This document shows, piece after piece, positions 44,165 to 54,773 of a stretch of DNA of 64,000 bases. Numbering within the stretch: the stretch's first letter is position 1; each line of letters starts with the position of its first letter. Under the pieces are notes generated by a model. The model saw only the letters and a program-made list of their open reading frames with translations. It did not search any database and was not told the DNA's origin. The stretch is from Candidatus Eiseniibacteriota bacterium (lineage in GTDB: Bacteria > Eisenbacteria > RBG-16-71-46). Both the position numbers and the translations under genes were made by a program. The stretch is from positions 1,536,001 through 1,600,000 of the forward strand of contig OY970342.1 in NCBI GenBank assembly GCA_963717505.1. The letters are read 5' to 3'.

Positions 44165-44263
44165 CGCCCGAGCCGTCCGCGTTCGGGTCCCAGGTCGTCG
44201 CCGCGCCGCTCGCGGCATCGAGCGCGGCGATCCGATTGCGCACCTGAGCAGCCCCTGGCGGTG

Positions 44264-46435
44264 CTACTGGATGACTGTGACCCGGGTGCCGACGACCCGC
44301 CCGCCCTGGGTCAAGAGGAGGGAATAGATGCCCGGTTTGAGCCGGCGTTCGGAGTCGAACGTGACCAGGTGTCGCCCCGGTCCCAGGCGTCCGACGTCGC
44401 GCCTGAGCACGCGGCGCCCGGTGACGTCCAGGAGATCGAGCGTGGCGGGACCGACGTTCGGCAGCGTGAACCACACCCGGAACGCGCCGCGTGTCGGATT
44501 GGGTTCGGCGGCCTCCAGCTTGAGCGAAGGGCCGGGGGAACTCAGCGGGACCGACGTCACCAGGGTCCCGGCGATGTCCGCATTCGTCTTCGGTGGCTCT
44601 GAGTTGTTACAGGTGTCGCGCGCGATGCTGTAGAACGCGTAGGTGACGCCGGACTGTCCGGCGAACGTGTCGGCGGTGGCCGGCGTATTCCGTCGCCACG
44701 GCCACCAGGTCTGGCCACCATCCCGCGTGGCGTAGATGTTGTAGTCCTTGATGTCCGGTGCCGCCGACTGCCACTTGAGCGAGAAACGGATCGAATCGGA
44801 GGTTGTTGGTCGAGGAAGCACGTTGCTCGTGGGAGGGGCGTTGTCTACCGTGGTCGGCTGCGCTGAGACCCTCTCGATACTGCCGTCGAAGTTGACCGAT
44901 GCCGAGTTGGGGATGGTCGTTCCCGTGGTGAGCGATGACCACGGTTTCACCGTGAATTTCACAGTGCCCTGTCCAAGCGGCGGATACAGATTCTTGAGTA
45001 GGAAGCCGGAATCCACCTCCGCCGGCGGGTTGTGGGTGATCGGGTCGATGGACATGAAATCCCACATCATGAACCCGGTGCTGTGGTTGATCGTGACTTG
45101 AATCCGCACGTCCATGGTCGGACGCAGGTGGACGTCCGGCGGCCGGAAATCGATGGTTTTCGGATCGGGCGGGTGGATGGTGGTTCTTGCAATCGTGATG
45201 TCACCGAGCTCGATGGTGGCCGGATTCAGCTTGACCACGTCGATGGTGTCCAGTACCACCACGTGCCGGGCGGCGTATGCGGCGGAGCTGGCGTTCTCGA
45301 ACGACACCGTGTACGGGGCGTACTGGCTGATCGAGAGCCGCTTGAGGGCGCCGTTCTTGTCGCTGGGGTCGAGCGAGCTGGCCGTCACCGACCTCAGCAC
45401 GTATCGCCAGCGCGCCAGGAACGGGTTGCCGCACGGGTAGGGGGCCGAGTTGGTCTCGATGATCTGCCTCATGTAGCCGAGGATCTGCCGGGCCTGGTTC
45501 TGCGCTGCGATCAGGCTGGCCGCCCCCTCGCACTGCCAGGCCACCTTGGACCAGATCCCGATCCCGCTCATGGCGTCCAGTTCGGGGCGGCTCGCCAGCG
45601 TGTCCGTGACCGTCGTGAGCTGGGTCGCCACGCATGAGGGGTTGGTGATGACCCCTGCGTTGACGAGGCAGTTGGAAAAGACGTTGCCGTGTGCCCACTG
45701 CGGCGCCACCGCCGCGGCGAGCTGAACCTGCGGAACCGTGGGGGGCACGGTGAGGTTGATCCGGCGCGTGATCGCGGTGCGCGCCGGAATCCGCGGGATG
45801 ACCAGCGCCAGGTAGCGCCCGGTGGGACTGGTGAAGGTGAGCGAGTCGAGCGTCCAGTCGGGCTCGCCCGCGTCCCGATGGGGGGCGGTGAGTGGGAACC
45901 CCAGCTCCACCGTGGCGGTGAGCGGAATGCCGGTGAGCCAGACGGGAACCGCCACGGCGTCGACATTCCCCTGGTTGTTGACGACCACGTCGAAGGCGGC
46001 GGGGTAGCTGGCGCGGATGGAATCGCGACCGACCAGGTCCACCCGGAGCTGCGGTGCCTCTAGGGCGCAGCCCAGCGTGACGCCGTCGGCGGTGGCAGTG
46101 ACCTTTGGCGGGCACTCGCTTTCGAAGACGCCGCAGATGCAGAAGTGCGCCACTCCGGAAAAATTGGTGACCACCACGACCTGGCTGCCCGTGTGCGGCT
46201 GTGTCGGGCAGAACGTTATCGGGCAGCTGGTGAAGTCGACGACGACCGTGGCGCCGGCGATCGGATTGTTGAGGAAGTCGCGTACGATGAAGTCGAAGCA
46301 CGCGGAGCCGTCCGCGGTCACGGTCACGAATGGCGGGCAGGTCGAGTTCAGGGGGTCGGGAATGCCGGCGCCTGCGGCGCCGATCCAGGAAACCAGCGCC
46401 ACCCCGGTCAGGCAGGCAATAGTACGTGCATGCAT
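44264..46435 (-). CDS. Secreted multidomain protein with T9SS-like CTD
   Basis: Signal peptide, Cys-rich N-domain (VRDFLNNPIAGATVVVDF), SLDPSDK...YTVSFEN domain, DNAPPTS...YAFYSIARD module, CTD EPNPT...DVTGR...PGIY. Confidence 0.85.
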   Translation of the reverse strand: MHARTIACLTGVALVSWIGAAGAGIPDPLNSTCPPFVTVTADGSACFDFIVRDFLNNPIAGATVVVDFTSCPITFCPTQPHTGSQVVVVTNFSGVAHFCICGVFESECPPKVTATADGVTLGCALEAPQLRVDLVGRDSIRASYPAAFDVVVNNQGNVDAVAVPVWLTGIPLTATVELGFPLTAPHRDAGEPDWTLDSLTFTSPTGRYLALVIPRIPARTAITRRINLTVPPTVPQVQLAAAVAPQWAHGNVFSNCLVNAGVITNPSCVATQLTTVTDTLASRPELDAMSGIGIWSKVAWQCEGAASLIAAQNQARQILGYMRQIIETNSAPYPCGNPFLARWRYVLRSVTASSLDPSDKNGALKRLSISQYAPYTVSFENASSAAYAARHVVVLDTIDVVKLNPATIELGDITIARTTIHPPDPKTIDFRPPDVHLRPTMDVRIQVTINHSTGFMMWDFMSIDPITHNPPAEVDSGFLLKNLYPPLGQGTVKFTVKPWSSLTTGTTIPNSASVNFDGSIERVSAQPTTVDNAPPTSNVLPRPTTSDSIRFSLKWQSAAPDIKDYNIYATRDGGQTWWPWRRNTPATADTFAGQSGVTYAFYSIARDTCNNSEPPKTNADIAGTLVTSVPLSSPGPSLKLEAAEPNPTRGAFRVWFTLPNVGPATLDLLDVTGRRVLRRDVGRLGPGRHLVTFDSERRLKPGIYSLLLTQGGRVVGTRVTVIQ

Positions 46436-46534
46436 GGCGGCCTCCGACGGAACCCATCCTCGAATGGCGTGCCGTCTCGTTTTCGGGGGATGAGTGGAGA
46501 CTAGGTACTTATCGAACGGAATACAACGGAAGAA

Positions 46535-49500
46535 TCACCGAGTCAGGATGATCCTCCGGCTCATCAACGTTTCCTCGCCGGCGAGGCGCAGCAGGTAGAC
46601 ACCGCTCGGGGCCCGATGCCCTCCCGAGATCCCGTCCCAGATCATCGAATGATACCCGGGCGCGAGAGGCGCGTGATCGAGCAGCGTCGCCACGCGGTGT
46701 CCCTGGATGTCGAAGACCTCCAGCGTCACCCGCTCGTTCCGTGGCAGCCCGAAACGGATCCGTGTGGCGGCGCTGAACGGATTGGGAGCGTTCGGCTCGA
46801 GCAGGAGACGCGCGGGCGTGACCTGGTCCGCGCGAGATTCGCGCTCCACGTACTCTCTTGTTCCCGCCAGGATCGCGAGCCGATAGGGCCGCGCGTCGCC
46901 CAACGACAGGATCGAGTGGCTCGAGCCGGTATCCAGGCTCACGTCGGTGACGATGCCCTGCTCGCGGTCCACGAGGCGCACGTACAGATTCGCGCCGGGC
47001 GCGATTGCCGGCGAGACCCGGAGCGACACCTGTTCCGCAGGCGTCTGGCTGCGCAGCTCGACCTCCCAGGTCTCACCCTCGGTGCCCGGTGCGCGGAGAT
47101 CGCGACGATATTCGCCGGATCGCGCGTCCCAGTCCCGGTGCGCGAACGCGACCCGCACCCAGCGACCGGGCGGCGTTGGTGGCTCGTGGGCGTCCAGACG
47201 ATCCCATCCCGCCAGGGCAAGAGGATCGAGGCCGAGCTCGTTGGCCCCGTCGATCGCCGTCTCGGTTCGTGCCTCCAGCGAGATCCGCCAGGGATCGCTA
47301 CTCGAAGCAGCGGTGGCGGCTATCGGTGCCGGCTTCGGTGTGGTCGGCGCCGCGCGCGGCGGCACGCGGAGCGTCGTCGCGGCGTCGGCCCACACGAAGT
47401 AGCCCTCGAACGGCAACAGCACCGAGGGAGCCTGGCTCGCATAGCCGCCGATCGTTTTGAGCCCGGGGTCGAATGCGACGACGCTATCGCTGACCGCCGC
47501 GTCGCGTTGTACATCGGACCAGGCCACCGGGAAGTCGAACGGGTTACCGAACAGATTCCAGCCCTGTTTCAGCTCGATCGCGTAGTTGCTGTCCGTCGGC
47601 GTCGAGTATCCGACGATGGGCTGCGTGTCGACACGATGGGAGCCGCGGGTGATGAGCCAGTAGGCAAGGCCGGGCGCGGGCACGAAACTCGCCGGGTTGG
47701 ACGAGAACTCGACGTTCCCCGGCAGCGCCGGGTCGTAGAGGAAAGCCCGCCATTTTATGGGGTCGTAGGCGTCGAACTGGTCGGTGAGGAGGTCGTCGAG
47801 ACTGCCCGAGAACGTCTCGCCGAAATCGAGCGGCACGCTCAGCAGGCGGTATCGCAGGGCGGGGTGCTCGGCAGGCTCCGTGAGGTTCAGGACTTTGACG
47901 CGAATGCCGCCGAACGCACCGGCGGCCTCGGGGAAGCGGAGCACGGTGGTCAAGGTCTGCACCTCGACCCAGTACTCGATGCCGCGTGGTCCGACGACGC
48001 TGTCGGGAATGACCGAGCCGAGGAAGCTCCCGATCACCAGCGGCTCGGTCCTCCACTCGGGCTCGCCACCGCGGCGGTAGTGCATGGTTCCGGAGACGAA
48101 CACCGTCCCGTCGGGAAGGGTGACGTCCACCGGGATCTGGCGGTCCTCGACAAAGTCCGTGCCCGAGGTTGGTCGGGGATGAACCGCAGCGATGGACGCC
48201 GGTGGCGCAACCTGTTGGGTATCGAGCGTCGCGGGGGCGCCGAGGGGGCGCGTCGCACTGACCCCGCCGTTTTCGACACGGACGAAATACTCCACCCCGT
48301 GCTCGGTGACCGCCGAGCCGGGGATCGTGGCGATGAAGTCGGTGGAGAGCGCGGTGAGCGCGAGCGAGTCGAACACGGCGCTGTCGCCGGCAACCCGGTA
48401 GCACAATACGCCCCGTTCGAAATGAACGCCCGGCTCCGGCGTCACCACCACGTCGAACGAATTCCCCGGACGAACCGGATCGGGACCACCGAGGACGCGC
48501 GTCTCGAACTCGAGGCCGAGCACTCGCAGCGTGACCACCACCTCCTGGCGCGGTGAGTATTGGTCGTTGCTCACCAACACTAGGCTGTCTCGAACGGTGT
48601 CCGGGGCGCTCGCCTTGAGGATCAGTGTCTCGGGACTCGCCGCGTTCCAGTCGAGCGAAAGCGGTGGAGGACCTCTCAGGCTCATGCCGGGAACGGGGAG
48701 GTCATCCGAATGAGGAAGCCGTGCATCGCTGATCGTCAGCGGCTGCAGACCACGGTTCAGGATCGAAAACACCACCGACGTGACATCGCCGATCGTCACC
48801 GGCGGCAACTGCAGCACGGCCGGGGTCACCTCGATCTTAGGTCGCCACGGGCTCCAGTGCTTCTCGACCCCGAGCGATAGGGCCCAGGCGGGTTCGACGT
48901 CGCCGGGATATCCGCCGAAGATGAACATGTCTCTGGAGGCTGGATCGTAGACCGCCGAGTGGGCCGCGCGCGGACCGGGCGTGTCGTCGGCATCCCGCAC
49001 GACCGACCATTCCGGCGTGCCGGCAAGCGAGAGCAGCCACGTGTCGTTCCGTGGCCGGTTTCCGTCGCTGCCGCCGAACACGGTCATACTCTGGCCGATC
49101 GGATCGTAGACCGCCGTGTGCCCGCTGAGTGCCGGCGGGCGGAGCGGTCCCGAGGGCTGGATCTCGCTCCACGCCGGAAGAGTGACGCTCGAGCTGCACG
49201 ACGCGGCGTCGCCTAGACTCAGGGCCCAGGCATCGTTCGAGGCGCGCGCGCCCGCGAATACAACCATTCGCTGGCCGGCGGAATCGTAGATCGCCGAGTG
49301 ATGGTAGCGGGGCGGGGGAATCGGGCTCGAAGGATCGAGCGGGAGCAGCTCCCACCGCGGTGTCGACGACAGCCACAGGCACCAGACCTCGGGGAAATCG
49401 TTGAAGAGCGCGTCGACACCGCCGTAAACGATCATGCGGTCACACGCGGGATCGTAGACCGCCGAGCTCCACGAGCGCGCGCTGGGGCCGACTCCCGTGG

Positions 49501-49927
49501 GCTGCATCTTGCTCCACGTGAGGTCGGTGAGCGAGAGAGCCCAGACCTCGTCTAGGCCGCTCTTCGGAGTCACCCCTCCGAAGACGATCATCCGGTTCCG
49601 TACCGGATCGAGGATCGCCGCGTGTGAGGTGCGCGGGGAGGGGGGCGTGCCGTGGGTGGTCCGCGGCGTCCACTGGGGAACACCGGTAAGCGAGAGCTCC
49701 CACACATCGTTGAAGTAGCTGTTAGCGTCGGTTCCGCCGAATACGATCATGCGTTGTCGCAAAGGATCGTAAATGGCGGTGTGATCGTAGCGGGGGCTCA
49801 ATTGGGCGAGCGCCCCGGGGGTCCACGTCAGCGCAGCTAAGGTGGCGGCCAGGAGCGCGCCGCGGCGACTTGCCAGGGGCGAGCGATTCACGCTCGCGAG
49901 ACTAGCCCCGCCATCGAGGCCGAACAA
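46535..49927 (-). CDS. Secreted Kelch + Ig-like multidomain protein with FlgD-type CTD
   Basis: Six YDP..RMIVFGG-type repeats, LKQGWNLFGNPF, CTD APNPF...WDG...SGVYLLRL. Start approximate. Confidence 0.85.
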   Translation of the reverse strand: MFGLDGGASLASVNRSPLASRRGALLAATLAALTWTPGALAQLSPRYDHTAIYDPLRQRMIVFGGTDANSYFNDVWELSLTGVPQWTPRTTHGTPPSPRTSHAAILDPVRNRMIVFGGVTPKSGLDEVWALSLTDLTWSKMQPTGVGPSARSWSSAVYDPACDRMIVYGGVDALFNDFPEVWCLWLSSTPRWELLPLDPSSPIPPPRYHHSAIYDSAGQRMVVFAGARASNDAWALSLGDAASCSSSVTLPAWSEIQPSGPLRPPALSGHTAVYDPIGQSMTVFGGSDGNRPRNDTWLLSLAGTPEWSVVRDADDTPGPRAAHSAVYDPASRDMFIFGGYPGDVEPAWALSLGVEKHWSPWRPKIEVTPAVLQLPPVTIGDVTSVVFSILNRGLQPLTISDARLPHSDDLPVPGMSLRGPPPLSLDWNAASPETLILKASAPDTVRDSLVLVSNDQYSPRQEVVVTLRVLGLEFETRVLGGPDPVRPGNSFDVVVTPEPGVHFERGVLCYRVAGDSAVFDSLALTALSTDFIATIPGSAVTEHGVEYFVRVENGGVSATRPLGAPATLDTQQVAPPASIAAVHPRPTSGTDFVEDRQIPVDVTLPDGTVFVSGTMHYRRGGEPEWRTEPLVIGSFLGSVIPDSVVGPRGIEYWVEVQTLTTVLRFPEAAGAFGGIRVKVLNLTEPAEHPALRYRLLSVPLDFGETFSGSLDDLLTDQFDAYDPIKWRAFLYDPALPGNVEFSSNPASFVPAPGLAYWLITRGSHRVDTQPIVGYSTPTDSNYAIELKQGWNLFGNPFDFPVAWSDVQRDAAVSDSVVAFDPGLKTIGGYASQAPSVLLPFEGYFVWADAATTLRVPPRAAPTTPKPAPIAATAASSSDPWRISLEARTETAIDGANELGLDPLALAGWDRLDAHEPPTPPGRWVRVAFAHRDWDARSGEYRRDLRAPGTEGETWEVELRSQTPAEQVSLRVSPAIAPGANLYVRLVDREQGIVTDVSLDTGSSHSILSLGDARPYRLAILAGTREYVERESRADQVTPARLLLEPNAPNPFSAATRIRFGLPRNERVTLEVFDIQGHRVATLLDHAPLAPGYHSMIWDGISGGHRAPSGVYLLRLAGEETLMSRRIILTR

Positions 49928-50012
49928 CCGCGATCGCTCCCAAGCTTCGTCAGGCGGTTGGGCGGGGAGTCTCCCAGCGCGTCCCTCCCGCAGCCCTTAC
50001 CTCCATCTCTGA

Positions 50013-50438
<426 letters not shown>

Positions 50439-50440
50439 CA

Positions 50441-50707
50441 GTGGCGACGTTCACCCTCGCGATCCTGACGCCGGAAAAGACCGTGTTCGAAGGACCGGTC
50501 GAGTACGTCGAGGTGCCGGGCACCGAAGGCTACCTGGGCGTGCTGGCTCAGCACGCGCCGTTGGTGACCGCGCTCGCCGCCGGCACCCTGACCGTGCGCA
50601 AGGCGGACGGCGTCACCGAGAAGATCGGGGTCAGCGGCGGGTTCTTCGAAGTCAGCGACAACCGGGCGACGGTGCTGGCGGATAGCGTGGAGACGGCCAA
50701 GGCGTAA
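50441..50707 (+). CDS. atpC: ATP synthase epsilon, short form (copy 2)
   Basis: Intact 88 aa, three amino-acid differences from copy 1, GTG start 2 nt after the fragment's TAG. Confidence 0.9.
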   Translation: MATFTLAILTPEKTVFEGPVEYVEVPGTEGYLGVLAQHAPLVTALAAGTLTVRKADGVTEKIGVSGGFFEVSDNRATVLADSVETAKA

Positions 50708-50759
50708 GGGCGGCCGAACACGATCGCCGGGGTGAGCCACGGCGGGCGCGGCGGCAGCG

Positions 50760-51989
50760 CTATCGCATGCGCACGAAACGGCGAATGAGCTTTTCGCCGC
50801 CCGCATCGACATGCAGGAAGTAGATGCCTGCCGGCACTCGATCGCCCGATTCCGAGCGTCCGTCCCAGGTCAGCGTACCCGTCCCCGACAGCGCACCATT
50901 CGCGAGGGACCGCACTCGGCGGCCCGAGGCGTCGTAGACGACCGCTCTTGCGTCCATGGACCGGGCGGCGCTGAAGCGAAACGACGTTGTCGACGCGGAT
51001 GGATTCGGCATCGCGGCTTCGAGCGCGAAGTCGAGCGATGCCGTCGGCAAAGGCGGCCCGACGGCGGTGACGCCCAACGAGAGTCGGGCATAGCTGCTCG
51101 GCTCCTGCACCGTGCCCGATGTGACGATCACGTTGTACCAGCCGGTGTCGGGCATCGAGGCGTTGGTGATCGAAAGTGTGGGGGTATCCACCCCGCTGTA
51201 GTGGCCGCCGTTCGTCAGGGGCACGCCGTTCTTCCGCCACTGGAACGTGAACGCGGCCGTGGCGTCTTGGACGGTGCCGGGAGCGGGGTTGGTCCAGACC
51301 GTGAAATTACTGCTGCCGCCGGGCGGAATCACGATGTCCGACGGTTGGACCTGGACGATCGGCGAATTGGTCTGTTGGGCGGTCAGGAAGATCGCGTACG
51401 TCGGCCCGGCAATCGAGGGTCCATGGGTGGTCACCTGGGAGCGTCCTTCGATGAAGTAGTCGCCCGGCGCCAGACGTCCTTGGAGAATGACGTGACCGCT
51501 GTTCACCTCGATCAAGTGCCCGGCTCCGTGCGGATTCCCGAGTAGGATCTCGCCGTCCGACATCAGATCGCCAACGTCGAACGTGGCGTCGAGGAAGTAG
51601 TCGCTGGTGGTGGTGAGCCGGAACACCATGGTCGAGAGCGAGAGCGCCTCGTAGGAACCGGTTCCGCCCTGGAACTCCCCTGCGGTGGTGCCGGCGTGGT
51701 AGAAGCCCGTGACCAGGCCACCGAGGTCCCGGTAGAGCTGCGAGTTCTGGTAGGTCGTCGCGCTCGCGTGTCCCGTCTTACCGTCTGACGCCGTTGCGAC
51801 CTCGAAAGTGTCCCAGGCCAAGAAAGGGGACGGGGGGAGGATCCATCGATCCTCCGTAAGGCCCTCGTAGACCGCCTTTGCGTGATTCTGCCGCAGGTCG
51901 ATGAGGGGGACGATTTCGGCCCAGGCGGCCGATGTCGTGAGGAGGGTCGCGGAAGCGAGGAGCAGGATGGGGTGGCGGTTGGGCGTCAT
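50760..51989 (-). CDS. Secreted Ig-domain protein with FlgD-type CTD
   Basis: Signal AWA-EI; Ig I-set FQWRKNG...TLSI...DTGWYNV; CTD MPNPS...WDGR...AGIYF. Confidence 0.85.
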   Translation of the reverse strand: MTPNRHPILLLASATLLTTSAAWAEIVPLIDLRQNHAKAVYEGLTEDRWILPPSPFLAWDTFEVATASDGKTGHASATTYQNSQLYRDLGGLVTGFYHAGTTAGEFQGGTGSYEALSLSTMVFRLTTTSDYFLDATFDVGDLMSDGEILLGNPHGAGHLIEVNSGHVILQGRLAPGDYFIEGRSQVTTHGPSIAGPTYAIFLTAQQTNSPIVQVQPSDIVIPPGGSSNFTVWTNPAPGTVQDATAAFTFQWRKNGVPLTNGGHYSGVDTPTLSITNASMPDTGWYNVIVTSGTVQEPSSYARLSLGVTAVGPPLPTASLDFALEAAMPNPSASTTSFRFSAARSMDARAVVYDASGRRVRSLANGALSGTGTLTWDGRSESGDRVPAGIYFLHVDAGGEKLIRRFVRMR

Positions 51990-52079
51990 GATGGTCTCCC
52001 GGGTTGAGTTGTACCGGGTGAGACGATCCCCCGGCCCGTTCGTCAGCGGGAAAGACACGTCCGGGCGTCACCGTCCCCG

Positions 52080-53792
52080 GTGGTAGAATCTCGCGTGTTC
52101 CCGGTAGTTGTTCCCTCCTCGTCGAGGTTTCTCGTGCGGCTGATCCTGGTCACTCTCGTGGCGCTCCTGGCCCCGGCGGCTGCGCATGCCGCGTGGCAGC
52201 CGGGCGGGAATCGGATCGGCGTGGTCGAGTTGCTCGACGCGACGGAATCCGGCGGGCAACTGGTTGTCGCGTGGACACGTCAGGCGGCCCCCGACCGATA
52301 CGAAGTGCGCGCGCACGCCTGGACGTCAGATGGGGACATTGCGGCCGGGTGGCCGTCCGAAGGCGTTCTGGTGAGCGACCTCTCCGGGTATGTCGCCACC
52401 CCCGTGGTCTGCGAGGACGGCGCCGGCGGGGTCTTCGTCGCGTGGACCCACGTTCAGGGAGCCGAGAAAGACTTCCTGCTCCAGCACCTGTCGGCCAGCG
52501 GCGGCGTGGCGCCGGGCTGGGCCCCTGAGGGTCTGCAACTGGCAACGACCGGCCACTACACCAGCGCGCCGGTCATGGCCCACGACGGCGCGGGCGGGGT
52601 ACTCGTCGGCTGGTCCGAGGCCACCTACGACGGCGAAACTCGCGTCAGCGTGACCATCCATCGCATCGACGCCGGTGGCGTTCCCAATGCCGGATGGCCG
52701 GCAGGCGGGCACACGATTCCGAATGCCTATGAAGTCGGGCTGGTGGTGGATGACCAGCAGCGCGTGTTCGTGAGCACGGCCGCGTACGATCCGGCTGAGC
52801 GTAGGATTCTGGGAATGCGGGTGCAGCGACTGGCCGCGGACGCGACGCCGGACCCAGGGTGGCCCGAGGACGGCGCGCTCGTTCCGAACGAAAATTCCCC
52901 GGGCCAGTTGGGGCTGTTCCCTGACGGGGTGGGGGGCGTGTTCGCGGGCTGGCGAAATGTTGTGATCTGCCTCGATCTCTGTCCTCCGTCCTTCGGATCG
53001 ACGACGCGCATTCTCGCGTCCGGAACCCAAGACGAGTCGTGGATGCCGGCACTCACTGGATATTCGAGCGCGGTCGATGGGACCGGCGGCATGCTGCTCG
53101 GGACCGTGACCAAGGGACGCCCGGGCGTCGTGCGCCTCGACGTGGCTGGAGAGCCGATGCCGGGCTGGGCGCCCGAAGGGAACGCCGCGATGACAGAAGT
53201 GGTGAGTCCCTACGACGTGCTCGTTGCGGGCGACGGTGAAGGCGGCGCGTTCGTGGCGTGGAGCGATCGGCGAACCGGCACGAACCGGCTCTACGCCTCG
53301 CGGCTCGATGCCGCTGGCCGCCTTGCTGATGGCTGGCCGGCCACCGGCAGCGTAGTCGACGCGAATCGCGGTGGCAGCCCGTACGAAGTCAGGCTCGTGA
53401 GCCTGGATGAAGGCGTCGTGGTCGCGATCTGGAGCGAGGGGTCGACCGACGGTGCCGTTGCCTACGTGACGGTGCTTCGCCCTGGAGAGCCGGGGCCGAT
53501 CGCCGAATTGGGACCGGTCCCCGTGGACGTCGGGTTCGGGATTCGGATACTGGCCAACCCCGCGAGAGGTCCGATTGTTGCGACAGTCGAGTTGCCGAGT
53601 GCGGGACCGGCACGCGCCGACCTCATCGACGCCGCAGGGCGCGTTCTCGAGTCCCGGGACTTCGACTTCGCGATACAGGCTCAGGGCGCCGTGCGCTTCA
53701 ACCAGGCCCGTCAGCTTCGCCCCGGTGTCTACTGGGTCCGCGTTACCCAAGGCTCACGACAAGCGAACCGGAAGGTGATCGTCATCGAGTGA
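52080..53792 (+). CDS. Secreted repeat protein (GWP/DGAGG repeats) with T9SS-like CTD
   Basis: Repeated GWPxxG and DGAGGVxVxW units; CTD ANPAR...DAAGR...PGVYW. Start may be GTG 52095. Confidence 0.82.
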   Translation: MVESRVFPVVVPSSSRFLVRLILVTLVALLAPAAAHAAWQPGGNRIGVVELLDATESGGQLVVAWTRQAAPDRYEVRAHAWTSDGDIAAGWPSEGVLVSDLSGYVATPVVCEDGAGGVFVAWTHVQGAEKDFLLQHLSASGGVAPGWAPEGLQLATTGHYTSAPVMAHDGAGGVLVGWSEATYDGETRVSVTIHRIDAGGVPNAGWPAGGHTIPNAYEVGLVVDDQQRVFVSTAAYDPAERRILGMRVQRLAADATPDPGWPEDGALVPNENSPGQLGLFPDGVGGVFAGWRNVVICLDLCPPSFGSTTRILASGTQDESWMPALTGYSSAVDGTGGMLLGTVTKGRPGVVRLDVAGEPMPGWAPEGNAAMTEVVSPYDVLVAGDGEGGAFVAWSDRRTGTNRLYASRLDAAGRLADGWPATGSVVDANRGGSPYEVRLVSLDEGVVVAIWSEGSTDGAVAYVTVLRPGEPGPIAELGPVPVDVGFGIRILANPARGPIVATVELPSAGPARADLIDAAGRVLESRDFDFAIQAQGAVRFNQARQLRPGVYWVRVTQGSRQANRKVIVIE

Positions 53793-53841
53793 GACCAAAC
53801 TCGTTGCGCCGTGCCATGCTGGCAGCCGCAAGTCCGGATCG

Positions 53842-54762
53842 GTGAACCCCCCTCGCATCATCCTGCGCCAGGCCCGCGCCGGCGACATGCTCGGTTGCGC
53901 GCGTGTCTTTCGCCGTGCCGCGACCGATCTCGCACGCCGTTTCTCGGTCGCGGTGCCCCCGATCCAGGTTGCGGACATGGCCCACGCACTCGCCCACCTC
54001 CAGCGCACCGATCCCAAGGGGTTCCACGTCGCGGAGCGTGGCGGGAAGGTGGTCGGATTCGCCTCGACCATCGTGCGCGGGAACACGCACTTTCTCTCGA
54101 TGTTCTGGATGCTGCCGTCGCTCCAGAGCCAGGGAATCGGACGCCGGCTGCTGACGCGCGCGTTCGAGCAGCCCAACCCGCCTGCGACCGCGGTGCGCTG
54201 CGTCTATTCCTCGCTCGACCTGCGCGCTCAGGTGCTCTACACCAAGTTCGGAATGTATCCGCGCGGGCTGTTCTACATGGTCAAGGGCGCGCCCGGACCG
54301 TCTCCTCGTCCAGCGCCCGCGGTCGAGCTCGAGCCGATCGGCGAGGTCGGGAAGACGTCGCGCCAGATGCTCGCTGTGGCTGCGCGCTTCGATCGGAAGT
54401 TCCGCGGCACCCGTCGCGATCAGGACATCCGTTACGTGATGTCGCTTCCCGGAGCCCGCTTCTTCGTCGCGCGCGCCGGCCGCAAGACCATCGGGTATGC
54501 GGTGCTCAACGAGAAAGGGCGTGTGGGGCCGGCGGGCGTCGCCGACCCGCGCTACAGCGCGGGACTCGCCTGGGCGATCAAGGAAGCCGCTCGCGAGATG
54601 GGCGTCGAAAGCCTGATCATCCAGGTGCCGGGTGTGAATGTGGGTGCACTCGAGACCTTCTTCCACGCCGGACTCCGGACGGAGTTCTTCGGGGCCTGGA
54701 TGTCGGCCCGGCCGATCGGCTCGTTCGACGCCTACCTGCTCGCGGGTGGGATGCTGCTCTAG
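53842..54762 (+). CDS. Tandem GNAT acetyltransferase
   Basis: VAERGGKVVGFA, PSLQSQGIGRRLL acetyl-CoA motif; second GNAT-like half. Confidence 0.85.
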   Translation: MNPPRIILRQARAGDMLGCARVFRRAATDLARRFSVAVPPIQVADMAHALAHLQRTDPKGFHVAERGGKVVGFASTIVRGNTHFLSMFWMLPSLQSQGIGRRLLTRAFEQPNPPATAVRCVYSSLDLRAQVLYTKFGMYPRGLFYMVKGAPGPSPRPAPAVELEPIGEVGKTSRQMLAVAARFDRKFRGTRRDQDIRYVMSLPGARFFVARAGRKTIGYAVLNEKGRVGPAGVADPRYSAGLAWAIKEAAREMGVESLIIQVPGVNVGALETFFHAGLRTEFFGAWMSARPIGSFDAYLLAGGMLL

Positions 54763-54773
54763 CGCGACCCGCC

